Source: Octopus sinensis (lineage: Eukaryota). Taken from it: DNA of 64,000 nt. Below the pieces are notes generated by a model. That model worked only from the letters and a program-made list of their open reading frames with translations, made no database searches and was not told where the DNA came from. A program made the position numbers and the translations under genes. Location: NCBI RefSeq assembly GCF_006345805.1, contig NW_021832411.1, positions 3,111 to 67,110 on the forward strand. The letters run 5' to 3'. This document shows, one piece after another, positions 57,115 to 64,000 of this stretch; within the stretch, counting starts at the first letter, position 1, and every line of letters begins with the position of its first letter.

Positions 57115-57183
57115 TAGTTGTCATAACTTGCCTGAAGAACTTGTGCAACCATAGGTGAAACTCAGAGTAGCACGAGACTGACT
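57115..57183 (+). ncRNA. type I hammerhead ribozyme, solitary, core intact
   Basis: tgc-CTGAAGA(57132-38)-ACTTGTG-caac-CATAGGT-GAAA-CTCAGAG-TA-gca; 7-bp helix II; helix III ACT/AGT with CAG loop; distal helix I AGTTGTC/GACTGACT beyond an internal loop. Confidence 0.75.
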
Positions 57184-57239
57184 CGACCAAAGTAATATGT
57201 CATACAAGGAGCAAAAGTCTTTCATGGGATATAGATTCA

Positions 57240-57770
57240 CAAAGTGAAAATTTACAAAAAAAACAAGAGACGAAGACGGGAGTGTAAACAACAAACAGAT
57301 GTATTAGTTTAACGCTCGGGAAGTGAGAAAGTCTTACGTTTCGAGCCTACGCTCTTCGACAGAAAGGAACACAGAAATAAGCAGGGAGAGAAAACAGAAA
57401 AAGGTTTTGTGGCTAGCGATCTATTATGGTTTACTTCAAGTGCGGATTGAGAGAAACGACAATAGGAAAAAGCAGAAAGTACAAAAAAGTTCAGAAAAGT
57501 TCAAAAGGTTCAAACGTCGTGGTGTTTTGGAGCGATTTCACATCAAAGGAAGAGTCCAGTGTAATCCATGGGTAGGAGAGGTACAGCCGAAGTGTAGGAG
57601 TCCAGGTGTAGGAGAGGTAGAGAACTCAGGCAGAATAGTCCAAGAAAAGTTCGAAGTGGAGGAAGAGACAGGATAAAACTGGTGCGACCAGGTAAGCGTG
57701 TAATACATAGTGATGCCGGTTTCTCGGAGTCTGTGGCATATATATACCATACAGGACGGGACGCCGGTCA
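57240..57770 (-). mobile_element. Penelope-like element 3' remnant with pseudo-LTR
   Basis: Minus strand ends a decayed frame in ..TSPTHGLH (cf. PLE C-terminal 'P.GLN'), followed by TCGAAGAGCGTAGGCTCGAAACGTAAG (variant minimal hammerhead) and a tail shared with 3990-4125. Confidence 0.45.
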
Positions 57771-58479
57771 GTCGCAGGATTACTCATGAAGTGTTTTGGT
57801 CAAGAACACAAACCATCGCTCAGTTCAGGAATCGAAACCACAATCTTATGATCAAGTGTGCAACATCTTAACCACTAAGCCACGGGCCTCCACACACACA
57901 CACACAGACACACACACACACACACACACACAGAACGCACGCGTGCACAAACGTTGTTGCTGATATTGCCACAAGAAACCTCCTCCTAGCTACACGATCT
58001 GCATGAAATAGCCACGAAATCTTCCGCAAATATTCTCTCCTTTTAAAAATAGTAAAAAAAATGGACACGTTGAACAGTGCAGTCCACGTTATACAAAACA
58101 ATGCGATGGTCACATTTGAAATACCTTTCAGCATAAAGTTTTCCTTTACCAAGAACAATAACGACAACATTAAAATAACTGATATAATTAAGATAGTTGG
58201 GTTTTTTATTTCTTGTTAATTATCTTATGAATATCTAGCGCTTATTAAGAAAATTCTAAACATACTAAGTAACCGTCTGTCTATGAAGCGTTCCCTCTAC
58301 GCCTCATTTATGGCCATACAGCGTGTCTTTTCAAAGTAAATTGACTATGTCCAGCTAACTCGAAATATGGGTGTTATTGTCGATCTAAATGAAGCGTTAA
58401 AACTCGCCATTGAAACTTTACAAAGGGTAAAACGATATATAAGGTTTTGATAATGTGTCTACAAGTATTTATTTATTCA

Positions 58480-58518
<39 letters not shown>

Positions 58519-58679
58519 GGGCTGTCATGTTTTTTTAACCTTTTTATATTGTTTCATTGGGATTAGAAGGAAGGTGTGAATGATAATGTATGATAATGTA
58601 TTCATTGAAGTTTGTCTCCTGTTTTCTTCCCTTTGTCGTTGTTACTCTCTCTCCCTCCCTCCCTCCCTCTGCTCTCCCT

Positions 58680-58712
<33 letters not shown>

Positions 58713-59932
58713 GCGTTTGTGGTTTTGTATTTTTATACTTTTTATTTTGCATTGTTTTGTTAACTTTTTTTGCTTTTCTTTTAGTACATTATTTATTGTC
58801 ATTACTGGTTGTTGTTTTTTTTTCTTCTTGGTCACTAAACTCTGAGCTAATTAGTCAAGCTTTTATATACCACTTAAGATTTAGATCATTATTTGCCTAT
58901 AGGTGTGTATGTGTGCGCATGCTCACACACAAACATATGTGTATGTCTATGTGTGTATAATATATGTGTGTGTGTACGTATGCATATATATATATATGCA
59001 TGCGTATGAATATAAATGTATATACATACATAAGTAAGCCGACATATCTGTATGAGTATGTGCGTGTAAATATATATAATATATATATACACGTATGTAT
59101 ATAAATATATATATATATATATACTCACAAACACAAACTATATATATACATACACACGCATACAAACACTATTTGTATACATACATATATAAATATACAC
59201 TCACACGCATAAATACATCCTATATATATATATATATATATATTTTGATACTTTTCGGCCATTATTGGCCCAGGCCAAGTCTAACTTAATAGCACCACCA
59301 TATATATATATATAAGTATGTATGTATGTATGTATGTATATATTCACACACATACACATACCTATGTATATATATAAATGTATATACATATACATACCAC
59401 CTCAGTCATTTTTCTCTCCGTCGCTTTCTTTCTATTTTTGTATACGTATATGCGTCTGTTACTCTGCAGATGTAAGCCATGCCTTTATGTCTGTGTGTAT
59501 GCGTATGTATTCAGCCGTACATATTTCTCTTCACACGTATCATACAAACTCCTTCAACTGTGAGAGGATTAGCTACAATAAGTCTATGTTATAGTTTTAC
59601 ACTCAACTACGCTCTTCCATTGCTCTCCACATTTTTGGGGGGCTATAACTTACAAATCTGAATACGCCTATACCTCTACACCCCCAACCACACACACAGC
59701 CACATACGGGTATCCCTATGTCTAATTCTCTTTTCATGTCTCCTTTAAATATCGCAAACCGAGTGAAACATTCTGAAAAATGATGTCTTTTTTATTCAGA
59801 AACAACTTGTAGAACTAAAGGCACCGCCCTTTATCTCTTTAACACCGACCCCTTTCTCTCTCTCTCTCTCTCTCCTCATATTATATATATATACATCCAC
59901 ACACACAAAATAGTCAGACAAAATATATCATA

Positions 59933-59995
<63 letters not shown>

Positions 59996-60043
59996 CATGC
60001 ATACATACATATATATACATGCATACATACATATATATATACA

Positions 60044-60086
<43 letters not shown>

Positions 60087-60324
60087 TACACATATATACA
60101 TACATATATAATGTATGGATATATATAAATAAAACATCTTATATACATACATATATAATAAAAATGGATATTTATATGAAAAGCATTTAATACATACATG
60201 CATTACATATATAATGTATATGGTTATATATAAACATGCAAAACATTTTATATATATAACATACATATATTTTCATATGTAAATTATATCTATAAAATGT
60301 ATGTATGCATAATACATATAATAT

Positions 60325-60365
<41 letters not shown>

Positions 60366-61074
60366 TACATGTATAATAAATATGGTTACTTGTCTTTAAA
60401 AAAATCTTAGAAACTAGGAATTTGAAAATATAACTTTAGCATACAGACCACCAGGATTATATAACTTTAGCATACATACAGACCACCAGATGGCAGCATT
60501 TAAGTCTGGCGTCGGACAGAATATTTGCCATAATCAAAATGATAATACTGGGTTAATTATTAACTACAACAATACCAAATGTCTCTAATGTTGCATTAAC
60601 AGCAAGGGAATATCCATGGAATTACACCGATCGAGTTGTTTAACACTCTACCGTTTAAGTTACTCTGTCAAATATAATGCTTATTTACTCACATTGTTCT
60701 GAATTAGAGATTTTTATGATATGATTGTTTATTATTGGATTGGCGTTGTGGGGTAGATGTGAGAGGTCAGATCTGGCTGGTTCGAATATAAAACAGATAG
60801 AATATTTGGGCCAGATATGGCTTGATTAATTGCTGGAGGGTTTGTTAAAGATATTATGAAGACGACAGTATGTGTATATCATTACCTTTGTACTCGACAC
60901 AACTGGATCTATGATGCACCAACATCTTAGTAAGGACGTTGTCAAATTATCTCTAAAGATGGACATGAGCACGTTCTAGACGATGACAATACTAGAATCT
61001 ATAAATGTTGTTACGGTATTCTCACACATTATTTGTAAACACTGAATATTTCTGGTGATCTTAAATATATTTAA

Positions 61075-62558
61075 CCCTGGACATCTTCACTAATTTTGAG
61101 CATCTTTGTTCATTGTGTATGCTTTTTATGCAATTTTTTTGAACTGGGTATTTTGTGCTAACAGTAAGCATTTTCGTTAACCATATATATCCTTTATTAA
61201 TCTTGAAAACTTTCATGCACGTTCTCCAAAAGATACCTAATTTAATACAATGATAATAATAATAATAATAATAATAACCCTTTCTACTAAAGGCACAAGA
61301 CCTGAAATTTTGAGGGAGGAAACTAATCGATTACATCGATCCCAATGTTTCACTAGTACTTATCTTATCGTCTCCAAAAGAATGAAAAGCGAAGTCGACC
61401 TCGACGGAATTTGAACTCGGAACGTTAAGATGGACGAAATGCCGCTAAGCATTTTGCCTGGCGTGCTAACGAGTCTGCCAGCTTCAATAATAATAATAAC
61501 GGTTTCAACTTCTGGCGGCCAGATAAGTTGATTACATCGACCCCAGTGTTCAAATGATACTTATTTCATCGACCCCAAAAGGATGAAAGGTAAAGTCGAT
61601 CTCGGCGGAATTTGAACTCAGAATGCAACGACGGACGAAATATTGCTTTTCTTGGATACATGTTTTTTTAAATACTAAAGTGAATTTTCTTCATTTAAAA
61701 TGGCTTGTGATGGGATAAATCAGGGTGACAGCGTATGGAGTTGGATGGAAAAAAGAAAGAGCTCACTAGTCCATTATCTTTTATAACAAATATATGGCTG
61801 GAGTAGATCGCTCTGATCAAACGGTAACACCGTATGAACTGGATCGAAAAAATAGAAAATGGTGGACTAAAGTGTTCTTCAGGCTTCTGATGACAGCTGT
61901 TTATAATAGCTATGTTATTCACTCTGAAATTTACCATACGAAACCACCATTCATAAATTTCTTATTAAATGTATCTGAGGCAGGAAGGTCGAATTTTCCT
62001 CAAAATAGAATGAGATCTTTCGTACGGCCTTCTAAGATTTCAAAGTGTAGGTGATCATATGCCAGGAAAACAAAAGAGTCGCAGATGTACTAGATGTACT
62101 TCAAGGAACAAAGAACGGAAGACCAAATACATTTGCCGGAAATGCAACATTCCTTTATGCATTGATGAATGTTTTACAGTAAATCACACATAGCATGTAT
62201 TTATAAATCTTGGTTTTTCTCGTAAATATTATTTGAGAAACGAAATACATTCATAAGTATGATATAAGAGAAAAAATATAATTACATAATCATTATCTGA
62301 GGAAAGAAGTTTATTATTTCATGAGTATTATTTGGAAGGAGTTATTATATGTATTATTTTATAAGTGTTATTCGAAAAAATAATTGTAATTTATAATAAA
62401 TATTATATGAGAAAGCGATAATAGCTTCATTTTGTGTTAGAAATAAACTGTAAGATTTATTTCATTTTTATTTATGTAATTTTCCGAACTTGCTCAACGT
62501 GTATGTGAAATACTGTTGGGATGGGACAGTCCCAAGTATTTGTTCATTAGGGTTAGGG
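61075..62558 (+). mobile_element. piggyBac element remnant; transposase C-terminus at ~61700-62193
   Basis: YNKYMAGVDRSDQTVTPYELDRKNRKWWTKVFFRLLMTAVYNSYVI, then cysteine-rich RRCTRCT..KTKYICRKCNIPLCIDECF; candidate ends TTAA|CCCT (61071-78) and AGGG|TTAA (62555-62). The left end is tentative. Confidence 0.8.
61278..61645 (-). mobile_element. two SINE family B copies nested in the piggyBac remnant
   Basis: Two AAGTCGA.CTCG.CGGAATTTGAACTC blocks in (AAT)n. Confidence 0.85.
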
Positions 62559-62699
62559 TTAAAATCATATGTAGCGACAAAAAAATAAGCTTAGATTTTA
62601 ATTATGATAGATAATGAAGCTGTAAAGAAGTAAAATAAAAACAGATTGTGAAAATGTCGGAACGAAAGGGTTAATAATAATAATAATGATAATTAATTA

Positions 62700-62955
62700 T
62701 TTTATTGGCCACAAGGGCTGACACACATGATTAGAAAACATAAAGGGACAAAACAGAACGAAAGGTTACAAAGGGTTTTGTCCGTCGTTTGTGAAAAAAT
62801 CGGTTTGTAAAAAAACAGGTGTAACCAGTAAAATAATATAACAACGAAAAGCTCCCAATAGGGGGAGGGCGCTTCGAAAGGTTCCTGGTGGGAAAAAAAA
62901 CCCATAAAAGCCAACGGGGAGCCTGTCAAAAGTGGGGGTAGAGAGCCCCATTCTC
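62700..62955 (-). mobile_element. retroelement 3'-end fragment sharing its tail with SINE family B (probable LINE 3' UTR)
   Basis: Reverse complement ends TTGTCCCTTTATG..CAGCCCTTGTGGCCAATAAA, versus SINE B TTGTCCCCTCT..TAGCCCCTTGTGG..AATAAAGAAAT; inserted in (AAT)n. Confidence 0.5.
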
Positions 62956-63049
62956 TTTTTATGATAATAATGATAATAATAGTAATTATATATTATATAT
63001 ATAATAATAATAAGAAGAAGAAGAATTCTTCCTGAAAGTCCAGCAACTG

Positions 63050-63605
63050 CTTTACTGGTTCTTTTATTTCAACGACCTCGGAGGAATGAAACAAAATTGA
63101 CTTCGGCGGAATTTGAACTCATGACGTAAAGAGCCGAAAGAATATACTATTAATCATTTTTATCCGGCACGCTAACGTTTCTGCCAAGCTCGACGTCTTG
63201 TAATATTTCTTTTTATTATTAGGCCCAAGGCCAGAATTTTGTGGGAGAAGAGGAAAGTCGATTACATCGACCCCAGTACAGACTAGTACTTATTTTTCGC
63301 TCCGAAACGACGAAAGTCGACCTCGGCAATATTTAAACTCAAACTGAAAAAGCCGGAAGAAATGCTGCTAAGCATTTTGTCTGACGCGCTACGATTTTTT
63401 CCCAATCGGCCATTTTAATAATATGTTTCTGTTTGGGAACAAGAGGTGGGGGGTAGTCAAGTACATCGACCGGTACTTTATTTTATCGATACCATAAGGA
63501 TGAAAGTCGAAGTCCACCTGGATGGGATTTGAATCTCAAACATACAGAACAGTAAGTGAATGCCGCAATACATTACTTGCTGATGCTTATCGATTCTGCC
63601 AATCA
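63050..63605 (-). mobile_element. three diverged SINE family B copies
   Basis: Repeated CTGGTACTT..TCGAC..GGATGAAAG..GTCGACCTCGGC..TTTGAACTC..TTCTGCCA blocks. Confidence 0.75.
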
Positions 63606-63662
63606 ACAACGGATTTCACCTAATGCAAACCTCCCACCCACAGGCAATCCATCACCACCTGA

Positions 63663-63676
63663 GTTGCTATAGTAAC
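63663..63676. promoter_or_regulatory. candidate RFX X-box in a promoter-like, GC-richer segment
   Basis: GTTGCTATAGTAAC fits the GTTRYYATRRYAAC palindrome; TGATTGAT at ~63693 and GC box GGGGCGGG at ~63824 are nearby. Confidence 0.35.
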
Positions 63677-64000
63677 AGAGTAGCTGAAAAGTTGATTGAT
63701 TTGAGAGATAAGTGTTGTCAGCTAATTGAGCCATCATCTCTTGTTTCACCTCTGCCTACACCTAACGCCACTTCCTCCGCCGCAGCCACCGTCGTCACCG
63801 CCGCCAACAACCGGCCTTTGGTGGGGGCGGGAAGAGATGAAACAGTATGATGGTTTCATCTTGTCAGCGGTTGGACTGTAGCCTTGAAACAATACACTGA
63901 TTCGAGTCGTTCTTTGTCATCATTGTCCGACAGAATCTGTTCGACTTCGTTAGGTGCCACTGGCTCAGTTATATTACGTCCGCTTTTTTGGTGGTGGGAG

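Noticed and set aside
60640-60843. piggyBac-type MITE
   Set aside because: The termini are too degenerate to demonstrate TIRs or a TTAA duplication from this copy alone.
62547-62562. Telomeric TTAGGG repeats
   Set aside because: Only two units, coinciding with the piggyBac AGGG|TTAA end.

Overview
AT-rich, microsatellite-dense eukaryotic DNA whose SINE families and repeat texture point to an octopus (cephalopod) genome (inference). I see no confidently identifiable host protein-coding gene; almost all ORFs in the track are translations of (TA)n/(CA)n/(GATA)n tracts or SINEs. The window is a mosaic of three tRNA-derived SINE families, decayed LINEs (CR1-group, L1/Tx1-like), DNA transposons (mariner, DD37D/maT, piggyBac, pogo-like MITEs), Penelope-like element (PLE) remnants and a 1.4-kb tandem duplication. 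The standout is at 53240-54725: an array of ~350-nt, highly structured units, each carrying a type I hammerhead ribozyme (CUGACGA...GAAA, GUC cleavage site, palindromic helix III). The array is arranged as two divergent arms inside a (TA)n tract and lies next to a PLE ORF remnant, so it looks like a recently inserted non-LTR retrozyme (putative circular RNA replicon). Several further unrelated hammerhead motifs are scattered through the window, including a tRNA-headed element with a PLE-type hammerhead tail. A 104-aa ORF with an 8-residue repeat (30589-30903) and a few splice/promoter signals are weak candidates for host gene structure. Coordinates of decayed repeats are approximate.
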